Shown here: piece after piece, positions 48,272 through 58,463 of the stretch
Position numbering within the stretch: the stretch's first letter is position 1
Layout: every line of letters starts with the position of its first letter
Source of the DNA: Herpetosiphon sp. NSE202
GTDB taxonomy: Bacteria > Chloroflexota > Chloroflexia > Chloroflexales > Herpetosiphonaceae
Assembly: GCF_042688385.1 (NCBI RefSeq)
Contig: NZ_JBHUPY010000007.1
Coordinates: 258,110-322,109 of the forward strand
Direction: 5' to 3'
Length of the DNA: 64,000 bases
Made by a program: the position numbers and the translations under genes
The notes under the pieces: generated by a model
Database searches by the model: none
What the model saw: the letters and a program-made list of their open reading frames with translations, nothing else
Told to the model about the DNA's origin: nothing

Positions 48272-49173
48272 AGGCCAATAATGCCGCGCCGCCGTAGAAA
48301 GGGCAGAATGCTTTGCTCAAGCGGGCGATCGCTGCGAATGCCAGCATAGGTCGCCCCATAGCGCTGACACATTTGCTCGTGCATGCGCACCCAACGCACC
48401 AGTTTTTCGCGATAATCTTTTTGGGTTTGTTGATCAAGCTCAAGCGCCAGCACTTGGCCTGTTTCACTATCTTCAAATTCAACTGGTCCGCTTAGCGTGG
48501 GCTTGATTTCTTCGGGATGCAGCAGGTGCAGCACCACAACTTGCCAGACTGGCGGGGCAGCCGCCCGCAGCAATGGCTCTAAATCGCTCGTCCATAGATC
48601 GGAGATGATCAAGAGCATACCGCCAGAACTGCGGCGAACTGCTTGAGTAATTGGCGTAAATGAGGTTTGTTCGGCCCAATTCAAATTGCTCAAATAGCGC
48701 AGCAAATCGGGGCCGCGTGCGCGACTAACCGCCGGCCCAAACGGCTTGATCAATTTGCTGGTAAACGGCCAAATCGTGGTTTGATCGTTTGAGGTAAGGC
48801 CGAGATAGCCGAGCATTGCCGCCAAACGCAGCGCATAGCGACCTTTGTGCAGCTCGCCTTGGCCCCAATCCAACGAGGCTGAACAATCTAAGGCAATCGT
48901 AATATTAATATCTTGTTCAGTTTCGCCAAGCTTCACATGCAAATCTTCATGGCGTGCATAGGCAAACCAATCGACGTGGCGAAGGTCGTCGCCTGGGCTA
49001 TAGGCGCGATGATCGCTAAATGTTGGCGCGGGCAAGCGCCGGCGCGAGGCATGTTCGCCGCTCAAGCCCCCGCGTAAGGTACGCCGCGAACGCAAGGCAA
49101 GGCGTTCGATCCGCGCTAAAAACTCAGGGTTAAATAGGTCGCCACTAGCGCCCGAAGTAGTCTTGAATCGCAT
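48268..49173 (-). CDS. DUF58 family protein (vWA-like; normally a MoxR-operon component)
   Basis: ..LARIERLALRSRRTLRGGLSGEHASRRRLPAPTFSDHRAYSPGDDLRHVDW.. is the characteristic DUF58 N-terminal motif. The start is at MRFKTT (49173). Confidence 0.75.
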   Translation of the reverse strand: MRFKTTSGASGDLFNPEFLARIERLALRSRRTLRGGLSGEHASRRRLPAPTFSDHRAYSPGDDLRHVDWFAYARHEDLHVKLGETEQDINITIALDCSASLDWGQGELHKGRYALRLAAMLGYLGLTSNDQTTIWPFTSKLIKPFGPAVSRARGPDLLRYLSNLNWAEQTSFTPITQAVRRSSGGMLLIISDLWTSDLEPLLRAAAPPVWQVVVLHLLHPEEIKPTLSGPVEFEDSETGQVLALELDQQTQKDYREKLVRWVRMHEQMCQRYGATYAGIRSDRPLEQSILPFLRRRGIIGL

Positions 49174-50479
49174 CGCGTAGCTCCGCAGGAATATTGGATG
49201 GATCGCTAATATCGCTGGGCACGCTGCCACCGCTACCGCCAGCATTGCCACCACCAGCACCCTCACCACCAGGCAAGGTGATTGAAGTATCGCCGCCCGT
49301 TCCTGGAGTCGTTTCGCCAGCAGCAGGTGCTTCCGGCAAGCTTACATCGGGGCCAAGCGCAGCGCTCGGTGGCGGCGATGAACGGCTGCCAGTGCCGGGA
49401 TTATTGCCAGCGCCGTTGTTGCTGGGCTGGCCATTTTGGTTTTCGCCTGGCTGGCCTTGTTGCGGTTGGTTGCCAGCTTGTGGCTCGTTGCCAGCTTGGC
49501 CATTCTGCTCGCCATTGGCTAAATCTGGTTGGGCATTATCAAGCTGATCGGTCAGTTGGGCCAAATCTTCAAGCGCATCGGCACCATTTTGCGGGTTGCC
49601 ACGCAGTTGTTCTGCATCGCTACGCAAGCGTTCGGCCACCTCTGGCTGATTCTGCAATTGTTCGGCTGCTTGTTCAAGACCATCAGCAATTTCGTTGCGG
49701 GTTTGGGGCGATAGCTGATCAGCTTGATCGGCGAGTTTGGACAATTCTTCGGCTGCTTGTTGCACATCACCACGGCGCAAAGCATCGGCAGCGGCCCGCG
49801 TTGCACCATTATCACTTAAGCCATCGGCCAAGGCATCGGCAATTTCTTGGCCTTCGGGGCTGATTTCTGGTTGTTGATCAGGCTGATTGCCAACTGGCTG
49901 ATTGGGATCAGCAGCAGGATCTTGCTCAGTGGCAGGCTGTTGCGGCGGTTCAGTCGTGGTCAAACTCGCCAATTCGCGCAATGGCTCGGTGGTCGGCGCA
50001 GGCAAGCCAGCATCAATTTGGCCCAACACAAACAAACCAGTAGCCAACACCGCAGCCAAGCCCAAACTTTGCCATTCAAGCGCAATCGGCGCAATCACGC
50101 TAGCAGTGGCATCGCGGGCAACGCTAGGCAAACGGCGCTTGGCACGTTCAATATTCACAGCGTGAAAGCCACCACGCTGGTCTTGAAATTCGCTAGCAGT
50201 GCTCAACTGGGCATTTAATTGATAATGCTGATCGAGCATTTGCACAAATTCGGCTGGGGCAAGAATTGATTTCCAAGCGTACACTCCGCCTAATGCCGCC
50301 ACCAAAATCACAATTAAGCCCAACATTGGCCACGAAAGTGGCCAAGCTAGCCAGTTTCGGCCAATCAGGCCAAGGCATAAGACCGCCAAGGTCATCCAAG
50401 CGGCGCGAATTAATAAGCGCTGGCGTTGGCGCTTTTGAACTTCGACATATAATTCAAGAATTTGTTGGGTCAGATTCAT
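49145..50479 (-). CDS. Membrane protein with a long Gln/Asn/Pro/Gly-rich low-complexity C-terminal region, upstream partner of DUF58
   Basis: Two N-terminal TM helices, then an acidic coiled-coil-like segment and a Q/N/G/P-rich tail. The ATG is at 50479 after AGGAGCG. Confidence 0.55.
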   Translation of the reverse strand: MNLTQQILELYVEVQKRQRQRLLIRAAWMTLAVLCLGLIGRNWLAWPLSWPMLGLIVILVAALGGVYAWKSILAPAEFVQMLDQHYQLNAQLSTASEFQDQRGGFHAVNIERAKRRLPSVARDATASVIAPIALEWQSLGLAAVLATGLFVLGQIDAGLPAPTTEPLRELASLTTTEPPQQPATEQDPAADPNQPVGNQPDQQPEISPEGQEIADALADGLSDNGATRAAADALRRGDVQQAAEELSKLADQADQLSPQTRNEIADGLEQAAEQLQNQPEVAERLRSDAEQLRGNPQNGADALEDLAQLTDQLDNAQPDLANGEQNGQAGNEPQAGNQPQQGQPGENQNGQPSNNGAGNNPGTGSRSSPPPSAALGPDVSLPEAPAAGETTPGTGGDTSITLPGGEGAGGGNAGGSGGSVPSDISDPSNIPAELRDAIQDYFGR

Positions 50480-50639
50480 GGTGGCGCTCCTAGCCTTGCG
50501 CGCTGGTGAATAGCTGCATGCCCTGAGGCGTGAGAAGGACAACCAAACAGTTGCAATTATGAGTGTACCATAGAATTACAATGGATCGGCCTCTGCTATA
50601 ATTGACAGTTGGAACTGATACATCACCGCAGGAGGATTT

Positions 50640-52646
50640 GTGACTCAAGCACATACACTCGATGAACTGGCCATCAATACAATCCGCATGTTGGCGGTTG
50701 ATGGTGTGCAAGCGGCTAATTCGGGCCACCCAGGCTTACCAATGGGGGCTGCGGCCATGGCTTATGTGCTGTGGACGCGCCACCTCAAACATAATCCGGC
50801 TAATCCAGATTGGGCTGACCGCGACCGCTTTGTGCTGTCGGCGGGCCATGGCTCAATGCTGTTGTATAGTTTATTGCATCTCACGGGCTATAGTGACATG
50901 ACGCTCGATGATTTGAAGAATTTCCGCCAATGGCACAGCAAAACTGCTGGCCACCCAGAATATGGCTATGCTGCTGGGATCGAAACCACGACTGGCCCGC
51001 TTGGCCAAGGCTTTGCAACAGGCGTGGGTATGGCAATTGCCGCCCGTCACTTGGCTGGCACATTCAATCAACCTGAGCTTGAAATCGTCAAGCACCATAT
51101 TTATGCGATTGTCTCCGATGGCGATTTGGAAGAGGGCATTAGCGCCGAAGCTGCTTCGTTGGCAGGCCACCTCAAATTGGGCGAGTTGGTTTATCTCTAC
51201 GATGATAATGAAATTTCGATTGAAGGCGATACCTCAATTGCCTTCACCGAAGATGTGCCAGCGCGTTTCCGCGCCTATGGCTGGCATGTTCAAGAGATCG
51301 ACGGGCTTGATACCGAGCAAGTTGATGCAGCCTTGACCGCCGCCAAAGCAGTGACCGACCAGCCATCGTTGATTGTGGCCCACACCGTGATTGGCTATGG
51401 CTCGCCTAATCGGGCTGGCACGGCCAAAGCGCACGGCGCACCACTCGGCCCCGATGAAGTAAAATTGACCAAAGAAGCCCTCGGCTGGCCGCTCGAACCA
51501 ACCTTCTACGTTCCTGAAGAAGTGTCGGCACATTTCCGCGAGGCCTTAACCAAGGGCGCTGCTGCTGAGCAAGCGTGGAACGAATTGTTCGACCGCTACG
51601 CTGAGGCGCATCCAGCAAAGGCTGCCGACTTCAAGCAACGCATGGCTGGCGAATTACCAGACGGTTGGGATAGCAAGTTGCCAGTTTGGGAAGCTGATGC
51701 CAAGGGCGTGGCAACTCGCAAATCATCAGAAGCAGCGCTCAACGGCTTGGCCGAGCAAATTCCGGCCTTGATTGGCGGCTCGGCAGATTTGGCCGAATCG
51801 ACCTTTACCTTGATTGAGCATGCAGAATCGTTCCAACCAGCAACGCCTCAAGGCCGCAACATGCACTGGGGTATTCGCGAACATGCGATGGTCGCAGCTG
51901 TCAACGGCATGGCCTTGCATGGCGGCACGATTCCCTACGGTGCAACCTTCTTGGTGTTCAGCGATTATTGCCGCGCCTCGATTCGTTTGGCAGCCTTGAT
52001 GGGCATTCGCACGATTCAAGTCTTTACCCACGATAGCATTGGCGTTGGCGAAGATGGCCCAACCCACCAACCAATCGAACACATTCCATCGTTGCGGATT
52101 ATTCCCAATTTGAATGTGATGCGACCTGGTGATGCCAACGAAACCAGCCAAGCCTGGCACGTAGCCGTAACCCACAAAGGCCCAACCTTGCTGGCACTGA
52201 CTCGCCAAAACTTGCCAACCCTTGATCGCAGCCGCTATGCTTCGGCAGAAGGCGTGGCCCAAGGTGGCTATGTGTTGGCTGATAGCGACGGCCAACCAGA
52301 ACTGATTATCATTGCCACCGGCTCGGAATTGCAGCATGCGGTTGCTGCCTACGAGCAATTGAGCGGCGAAGGAGTCAAAGTTCGCGTGGTCAGCATGCCA
52401 TCGACCTTCTTGTTTGATGCGCAGTCGGCGGAATATCGCGAAAGCGTGCTACCCAAGGCTGTGAGCAAACGGATTGCGATTGAAGCTGCCCATCCAGTCA
52501 CGTGGTACAAATATGTTGGCACTGAAGGCGATATTATTGGGATTGATCACTTCGGTGCATCAGCACCAATTAATATTTTGATGAAGGAATTTGGCTTTAC
52601 CGCTGAAAACCTGATTGCCCGCGCCAAGGCCTTATTGGCTAAGTAA
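50640..52646 (+). CDS. tkt: Transketolase
   Basis: ..[14 protein letters not shown].. is the ThDP site. ..[10 protein letters not shown].. ..[19 protein letters not shown].. Confidence 0.9.
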   Translation: MTQAHTLDELAINTIRMLAVDGVQAANSGHPGLPMGAAAMAYVLWTRHLKHNPANPDWADRDRFVLSAGHGSMLLYSLLHLTGYSDMTLDDLKNFRQWHSKTAGHPEYGYAAGIETTTGPLGQGFATGVGMAIAARHLAGTFNQPELEIVKHHIYAIVSDGDLEEGISAEAASLAGHLKLGELVYLYDDNEISIEGDTSIAFTEDVPARFRAYGWHVQEIDGLDTEQVDAALTAAKAVTDQPSLIVAHTVIGYGSPNRAGTAKAHGAPLGPDEVKLTKEALGWPLEPTFYVPEEVSAHFREALTKGAAAEQAWNELFDRYAEAHPAKAADFKQRMAGELPDGWDSKLPVWEADAKGVATRKSSEAALNGLAEQIPALIGGSADLAESTFTLIEHAESFQPATPQGRNMHWGIREHAMVAAVNGMALHGGTIPYGATFLVFSDYCRASIRLAALMGIRTIQVFTHDSIGVGEDGPTHQPIEHIPSLRIIPNLNVMRPGDANETSQAWHVAVTHKGPTLLALTRQNLPTLDRSRYASAEGVAQGGYVLADSDGQPELIIIATGSELQHAVAAYEQLSGEGVKVRVVSMPSTFLFDAQSAEYRESVLPKAVSKRIAIEAAHPVTWYKYVGTEGDIIGIDHFGASAPINILMKEFGFTAENLIARAKALLAK

Positions 52647-52723
52647 TCGTTGCTTGATTGAGCATGTGACGCGAAGTACGAGCAATTCGTGCTTCGCGTT
52701 GTGCTGTTGAAAGGACATAAATC

Positions 52724-53167
52724 ATGAAAATTGCGGTCGGAACCGATCATGGTGGCCTGATTTTGAAGCAAGCAGTGATTGAGGCTGTGCAGCGGCTGGG
52801 CCATGAAGTGCTCGATTTTGGCACCGATTCGCCAGCCTCGGTCGATTACCCTGATTTTGCGGCTGCGGTTGGCAATGCGGTCGTTAGCGGCCAAGCTGAA
52901 CGCGGGATTGCGATTTGTGGCAGTGGCGTTGGTGTGACCGTCGCCGCCAACAAAATTAAAGGCGTGCGGGCATGTTTGTGCCACGACACCTACTCGGCGC
53001 ATCAAGGCGTTGAGCACGATGATTTGAATGTGCTGTGTTTGGGCGGGCGGGTAATTGGCCCAGCCTTGGCCGATGAAATTGTGCAAGCCTTTTTGAGCGC
53101 CAATTTCCACAACGAAGCGCGTTTTACCCGCCGCTTGGATAAAGTGATCGCCCTCGAAAACCAATAG
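52724..53167 (+). CDS. rpiB: Ribose-5-phosphate isomerase B (RpiB/LacAB family)
   Basis: [18 protein letters not shown].. ..[23 protein letters not shown].. Confidence 0.9.
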   Translation: MKIAVGTDHGGLILKQAVIEAVQRLGHEVLDFGTDSPASVDYPDFAAAVGNAVVSGQAERGIAICGSGVGVTVAANKIKGVRACLCHDTYSAHQGVEHDDLNVLCLGGRVIGPALADEIVQAFLSANFHNEARFTRRLDKVIALENQ

Positions 53168-53180
53168 ATCGCCAATCAAA

Positions 53181-53218
53181 AAAGCCCCGCCCTTGGTTTG
53201 AATCAAGGGCGGGGCTTT
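53181..53218. terminator. Bidirectional terminator between rpiB (+) and the protease gene (-)
   Basis: aaagccccgcccttg gtttgaatc caagggcggggcttt. On the - strand it is followed by UUUUUUG. Confidence 0.7.
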
Positions 53219-53238
53219 GGGCTATTCAGCGCAGCGAT

Positions 53239-55845
53239 TTAGTTCTTCATCACTGCTGGCAAGTAGACCAATTCTGGGCCTTCTGGCTCAGATTCTTCGG
53301 TACAAGCCTTCACGCTGACGTTATCGATCTTCCAGCCATCAGGCCGGCCAACTGAGCTGTCCGAGGCAAGACGGAAGCGGAACATCACGGTTTCGCCGTC
53401 GTAGGCTGCCAAATCAACGACGCTCTTGATCCAGTCTTGTGGGTCGCCACACCAAGCGTCGCGGCCATTGAGTGGATTGGTAGAAGCAGTGATTGCGCCA
53501 TTGTATGGGTCGGTCAACAAGGCAGCGTTAGGAATTTGCTCCCATGCGGAGCCGCCATCGGTTGATACTTCAATCAATGCGCCATCATAACAGCCGCCAG
53601 CTGTACGATCTTCAAGCGTTTGTGAGTTCCAGAATTGCAGGGTATGGGTCAGACCTTCGGTTAAGGTAATTGCTGGGGTAGTCAGCCATTGATCTGATGC
53701 TGTGGTCGGATCAATCGCCTTCATCCCTGAAGTGCCACCATAGCCAAATGCACCATGGGCCCAGGTATTGCCAGTGCCACCGCTAACCCAGTTTGGATTG
53801 GTTTCGAAATTTTCTTCGAAGGTAACCACGGTTTCGGTGCCAATTGAACAATCGCCAGGTGCTGCTTCAGTCATAAAGCTGAAGATTGCGCTATTGGCGC
53901 TAACGCCACACGCATTGGCAGCGCGCACGCGCCAGTAGTGTTTGGTGTTGGTGCTCAAAGGAGCGCTGGTCAAGCTGGTCAACTCGGTCGTGGCCGTGTA
54001 AACCAAATTGCTGAAGCCAGCATCGCTAGCAATTTCGAGCACATAGCTATCTGCGCCAGTAGCGCTTGACCAAGTGAAGGTTGGGGTATTGCTCACATCG
54101 GTAGCATTGTTGGCTGGTGCAGTCAAGGTTGGTGCTGCGCTTGGAATGCCAGCCGAGACGCTGAGATCCAAGTCGGCGGTGCGGGTGATGCTAGCACTAT
54201 CTGCATGCACCACAACCGTATAATCGCCAGCTGCGGCAGCAGTTACGTTACCAATGGTTAATTGGCTGCTCAAGGTTGGTGAAATCACTGGGTTTGGCGT
54301 AAAGGTTGCGGTTGCGCCAGCAGGCAAATTGCTTGCCGAAAGGTTTACCGGCTCGCTGAAGCCTGAAATCCAGTTTAAGTTAACCGTGGTTTGGCCCGAA
54401 GCTGGGGCACAAACTGCCAAGCTGGCAGGGCTGAGATTCATGGTGAACGCAGGCGAACCACCATTACCATCAAGCACCAACGTACCCGAGTTGGTTGGGT
54501 CAAGCCAATCCTTCAAGCGGCTTGCGCTGGTACCGCCACCATTCCATGATACAGAAACCCGACCATACCAGTCTGATAAATCGTTACCACAGGCAGCGCC
54601 GCCACCATGGAGTTGGCCAACCACGCGATGCTGAGGATCGTACAATGGCGAGCCTGACGAACCACCTTCAGTCGTGCCTAAATCCCAGTCGATAACCCGA
54701 ATGTGGGTGCCATCGCCAGGTACAGCGTTGCTATTGTAGCCGGTGGTTTGGGTAGCTTGGTTTTCAAAGCTGATCCGTTTTTCTTCAACACCTGGGTGGT
54801 GAATCGCCACAACGCTAGCGAAGTCGCCACTTTGGGCGTTCCAGCCAGTCCAGTATGGTGAGTATTCGGTTGGAACTGCATCATCAAGCTCAACCAAGGC
54901 AAAGTCTGATGGGGCATATTCGGCGCGTAGAATCGCCCCGGTCATGGTTGTGTTAGGCTTGGGCAATGGCGTACCATTTTCAGCCGATCCAACCGCGCGA
55001 CACAGGGTTGATTCGTAGTTCCAATATGTCACCATCGAAGCAGCATTGCCTGAACTGATGCCACAGTGATCGGCGGTCAGGAAGTAGGGCTTTTGATCTT
55101 GGGCGGTGTTATTCACCAACGAACCAGTACATGTGTCAATACCATTCAAGGTATAGGCAGCAACCGCGTTGATTTCTGCGCGCCAGTCGTCGCCTTGAGG
55201 ACAAATAACGTCGACATTACACGATCCTGATTTATCGACCAAGAGATCACGCGGAACACCGAAGCCACTAAAGCCACGGTTGATTGCGCTCAAGGTCAGG
55301 TCGGCTGTTGCAAACTCGCCACTATCAGCGCTATATTCGATGATCATTTCATCGCCAGCGACGATTGGAGTCCACAATTGGCCATGATCTTCGTTATCAG
55401 CAGCACCGTATGGCCCAATAACTGAGCGATAATCAGGGCTGTACATAAACAGTTGGCCGCTCTTGGGCAGGTTATAGCGTGTATAGCCAAGGTTAATCGA
55501 CAAGGCTTTTGGTGCGCTAATCCGCAAGCGGGCTACAGTACGATTGCCAACGACTTCGATCGTCGATACTTGCTTGATGTCAAGCGAGGTTTGATAATCT
55601 TTGGCAAAACGCATTGGGGTATTGCTTGGGCGTTTGGCTGCATCGGAGCGCTCTTTGGCCACATCCAGTTCTGGCACAGCAATCTGGGCAACTGTCGCCA
55701 AATCTTTCAAGCCTTGCGCCAATGCCAACGGTCGGTCGGACGTGCTGGCTTGATTTTGCGCAGCAGTAAACGGTACCTTAGCCCCAATTACCGATAATAA
55801 AACGGTAATCGCAAGTAAAGCAAATAGCCAACGGGATCGAACCAT
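53239..55845 (-). CDS. Large secreted trypsin-fold (S1-like) serine protease with a propeptide and C-terminal Ig/Fn3-like and additional beta-rich domains
   Basis: Signal MVRSRWLFALLAITVLLSVIGA. ..YFLTADHCGISSGN.. is the catalytic His. ..TEGGSSGSPLYD.. is the catalytic Ser. 868 aa. Confidence 0.75.
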   Translation of the reverse strand: MVRSRWLFALLAITVLLSVIGAKVPFTAAQNQASTSDRPLALAQGLKDLATVAQIAVPELDVAKERSDAAKRPSNTPMRFAKDYQTSLDIKQVSTIEVVGNRTVARLRISAPKALSINLGYTRYNLPKSGQLFMYSPDYRSVIGPYGAADNEDHGQLWTPIVAGDEMIIEYSADSGEFATADLTLSAINRGFSGFGVPRDLLVDKSGSCNVDVICPQGDDWRAEINAVAAYTLNGIDTCTGSLVNNTAQDQKPYFLTADHCGISSGNAASMVTYWNYESTLCRAVGSAENGTPLPKPNTTMTGAILRAEYAPSDFALVELDDAVPTEYSPYWTGWNAQSGDFASVVAIHHPGVEEKRISFENQATQTTGYNSNAVPGDGTHIRVIDWDLGTTEGGSSGSPLYDPQHRVVGQLHGGGAACGNDLSDWYGRVSVSWNGGGTSASRLKDWLDPTNSGTLVLDGNGGSPAFTMNLSPASLAVCAPASGQTTVNLNWISGFSEPVNLSASNLPAGATATFTPNPVISPTLSSQLTIGNVTAAAAGDYTVVVHADSASITRTADLDLSVSAGIPSAAPTLTAPANNATDVSNTPTFTWSSATGADSYVLEIASDAGFSNLVYTATTELTSLTSAPLSTNTKHYWRVRAANACGVSANSAIFSFMTEAAPGDCSIGTETVVTFEENFETNPNWVSGGTGNTWAHGAFGYGGTSGMKAIDPTTASDQWLTTPAITLTEGLTHTLQFWNSQTLEDRTAGGCYDGALIEVSTDGGSAWEQIPNAALLTDPYNGAITASTNPLNGRDAWCGDPQDWIKSVVDLAAYDGETVMFRFRLASDSSVGRPDGWKIDNVSVKACTEESEPEGPELVYLPAVMKN

Positions 55846-56067
55846 GCTTTAACCTCCTGAGGTGAGTTCCACACAACACTGAGGGGAATTGAGAGGATTT
55901 GTTAATAAGCTTAATATAAAAAGATTTAGCGCATTTGTCAAATTTATTAATTATTGTCTTATCGCGATAAGCCGATATATATTCAATTCGACGCTAATTT
56001 AATAGATTCAATTTAGCTAGCTAGATGGAGATTCAGATTAATTTAACTGCAATTAAATAACACATGT

Positions 56068-56125
56068 GGGCAACAAAAAAACAGCATTCTTCAAATAATA
56101 CACTTTTGTCAGAATGCTGTTTTGG
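56068..56125 (-). terminator. Rho-independent terminator of the FAH-family gene
   Basis: On the - strand: aacagcattct gacaaaagtgtattatttg agaatgctgtt followed by tttttttg. Confidence 0.6.
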
Positions 56126-56132
56126 TGTGAAA

Positions 56133-57002
56133 TTAACCGGCGACAACCGGATTGCGCAGCATGCCAATGCCCTCAACTTCGGTTTCGAGCAAATCGCCTG
56201 GGCGCAAAAATTCTTGCGGGGTGCGGGCAAAGCCCACGCCAGCAGGAGTGCCAGTTGCAATAATATCGCCTGGCTCAAGGGTCATGCCTTGCGAGAGCAC
56301 GCTAATTAAGGTTGGAATATCAAAAATAAGATCGTTGGTATTGGATTCTTGCTTGATCTCGCCATTGACCCGTAAGCGTACAACTAAATTATGCGGGTCG
56401 GTCAACTCGCTGCTGGTGATAATCCACGGCCCCATTGGGCACGAGCCATCGAGTGCTTTGCCTTTGAAAAATTGCTGGTGGCGGGTTTGCAAATCGCGGG
56501 CCGAAATATCGTTAATCACGGTATAGCCCCAAACATGCTCCATGGCTTGCTCGCGGCTAATGTTTTTGCCAGCTTTGCCGATGATCACACCCAACTCAAC
56601 TTCCCAATCAATCCGCTCGGAAACCGCCGGATCGATCACAATTTCGCCGGTTGGACTATTAATAGCGGTTGGTGGTTTGGTAAAAAAAACCGGATGTTCG
56701 GGCATTTTGACTTCGAGGCCTTTGGCTTGCAACGATTCACGGGCATGAGCAGCGTAATTCAAGCCAACACAAAACACATTTTTCAATGGCCGTGGCAACG
56801 GAGCCAATAATTGATCAAGATTGAGCTGAATGCCTGCACGGCTTTGATATTCAGGCAAGGCTGCTTTGACGATTTCTAAGCCAGCATCACCAGCCTCAAT
56901 CAGGGCTTGCAGTGATTGATAGCCATCGAGCAACATCACCCGATCGCCGAGCACAATGCCTGGGCGCGGCCCAACCGCTGTTTTGAGCGTTACAAATCGC
57001 AT
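56133..57002 (-). CDS. Fumarylacetoacetate hydrolase (FAH) family protein
   Basis: ..KNVFCVGLNYAAHARE.. ..INDISARDLQ.. ..GDIIATGTPAGVG.. Confidence 0.85.
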   Translation of the reverse strand: MRFVTLKTAVGPRPGIVLGDRVMLLDGYQSLQALIEAGDAGLEIVKAALPEYQSRAGIQLNLDQLLAPLPRPLKNVFCVGLNYAAHARESLQAKGLEVKMPEHPVFFTKPPTAINSPTGEIVIDPAVSERIDWEVELGVIIGKAGKNISREQAMEHVWGYTVINDISARDLQTRHQQFFKGKALDGSCPMGPWIITSSELTDPHNLVVRLRVNGEIKQESNTNDLIFDIPTLISVLSQGMTLEPGDIIATGTPAGVGFARTPQEFLRPGDLLETEVEGIGMLRNPVVAG

Positions 57003-57098
57003 AGTATCTCCGCAATATCGCCATGATAGCGTTTTCGCACCATCGTTTTGGCAAAGAATATGCTTGCATTATAACGATATTCGCTTATGTTGATGAAG

Positions 57099-58349
57099 CT
57101 AGCTTGATTCAGGGTTGAGCTTGACGACCAACAAGGTCAAATCGTCAATCGGCGGTGTGCCACTCTGAAAGGCGCGCACATCACCAAGGATGGCATCTGC
57201 AAGGCCATGGGCTGGTAAACGCCCATAGGCTTGAACTGCTGAAATTAAGCGCTCGCGGCCATAGGTATCGCCAGCAAAATTGCGCGCATCACACAAGCCA
57301 TCGGTATAAAACACCAAGGCATCGCCTAGCTCTAAATCGATGTGCATCTGCTCGAAAAAGGCTTCTTCGGTGATGCCAACGGGCATACCACCACCCTCAA
57401 GCATGGCAACCCGCCCTTGTTTTGAGCGATAATGCAACGGCCAATCGTGGCCCGCTCGCACATAGCTAAAGCGTCGCCGCGCCAGATCCAAATGCGCATA
57501 AACCATGGTAATAACTGCTGCATCAAGGTTGGTGGTGCGAATTAATTGATTGAAACGTTCGACCAACGCCAAAGGATCACGCTGATCCATACCCAGCAAC
57601 AGGCCTTTGGCCAGCGCCATCACCAAGGCAGCGCCCGCACCTTTATCGCAGACATCGGCCATCACAATCGAGAGCATGTGCTCGCTAAGTTGGCGCACCT
57701 CGTAGAAATCGCCGCTCATTTCGTAGGCAGGGAAGGTCGCGGCGGCAATGACCACGCCATGCACATTTGGAAAACTGGTAGGAATTAATCGGCGTTGCAA
57801 TTCGCGGCCCAACTCCAATTCCCGGGCGGCCCGCGCACGGCGTAACGCCTCTGCTTGGGCTTGTTCCAAGGCAGTGTAGGCATCAGTTAAAAGCCGATTC
57901 TTATGGCGCAAATCTTCCAAACGCCGTTCATCAGAGCGGCGCACATGGGCAGCAACGCGGCGCAACATATTGTAGGCAATCGCGGGGTAGGTATGCAGCA
58001 AGGTTTCAAACGCCGCAATCGGAATCTCCAAGACCTCGCTTTGGACAACCGCAATTGCGCCAGCGGCCCGCGTACCATCAGGCTCCAATAAACTAAGCTC
58101 GCCGAAAAATGCCCCAACCCCCAACAAACCAAGGGTCGTTTCCTCGGAACTACCTTGCTCGAGCACCAACCGCAAGGTGCCACTCACCACCACATAACAG
58201 GCATCGCCACGATCACGCTGGTGGAACAACCACGCATCTGCTGGCAAGCCACGAATTCGGGCCTGACCATCGAGCATTTGCAAGCCTTCGAGCGAAAGGT
58301 CAGCAAATAGGGGCACTCGACGTAGGAACTCCATTTGGGACATACCCAC
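57099..58349 (-). CDS. Cyclic-nucleotide-binding domain plus PP2C/SpoIIE-type phosphatase (RsbU-like)
   Basis: The N-terminal cNMP-binding region reads ..FGELSLLEPDGTRAAGAIAV.. The C-terminal PP2C region reads ..MSGDFYEV.., ..MADVCDKGAGAAL.. and ..YTDGLCDARN.. Confidence 0.8.
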   Translation of the reverse strand: MGMSQMEFLRRVPLFADLSLEGLQMLDGQARIRGLPADAWLFHQRDRGDACYVVVSGTLRLVLEQGSSEETTLGLLGVGAFFGELSLLEPDGTRAAGAIAVVQSEVLEIPIAAFETLLHTYPAIAYNMLRRVAAHVRRSDERRLEDLRHKNRLLTDAYTALEQAQAEALRRARAARELELGRELQRRLIPTSFPNVHGVVIAAATFPAYEMSGDFYEVRQLSEHMLSIVMADVCDKGAGAALVMALAKGLLLGMDQRDPLALVERFNQLIRTTNLDAAVITMVYAHLDLARRRFSYVRAGHDWPLHYRSKQGRVAMLEGGGMPVGITEEAFFEQMHIDLELGDALVFYTDGLCDARNFAGDTYGRERLISAVQAYGRLPAHGLADAILGDVRAFQSGTPPIDDLTLLVVKLNPESS

Positions 58350-58463
58350 CTCCTAGCAACGACCAAAATGCAGCATAGCACGCTCGCTAGCCTGATGCAA
58401 GACAGGCTTGTGCAATGGCTGCGGTACAATATAGCTATACCTGCTTAGTGATGGAGGAAGACC

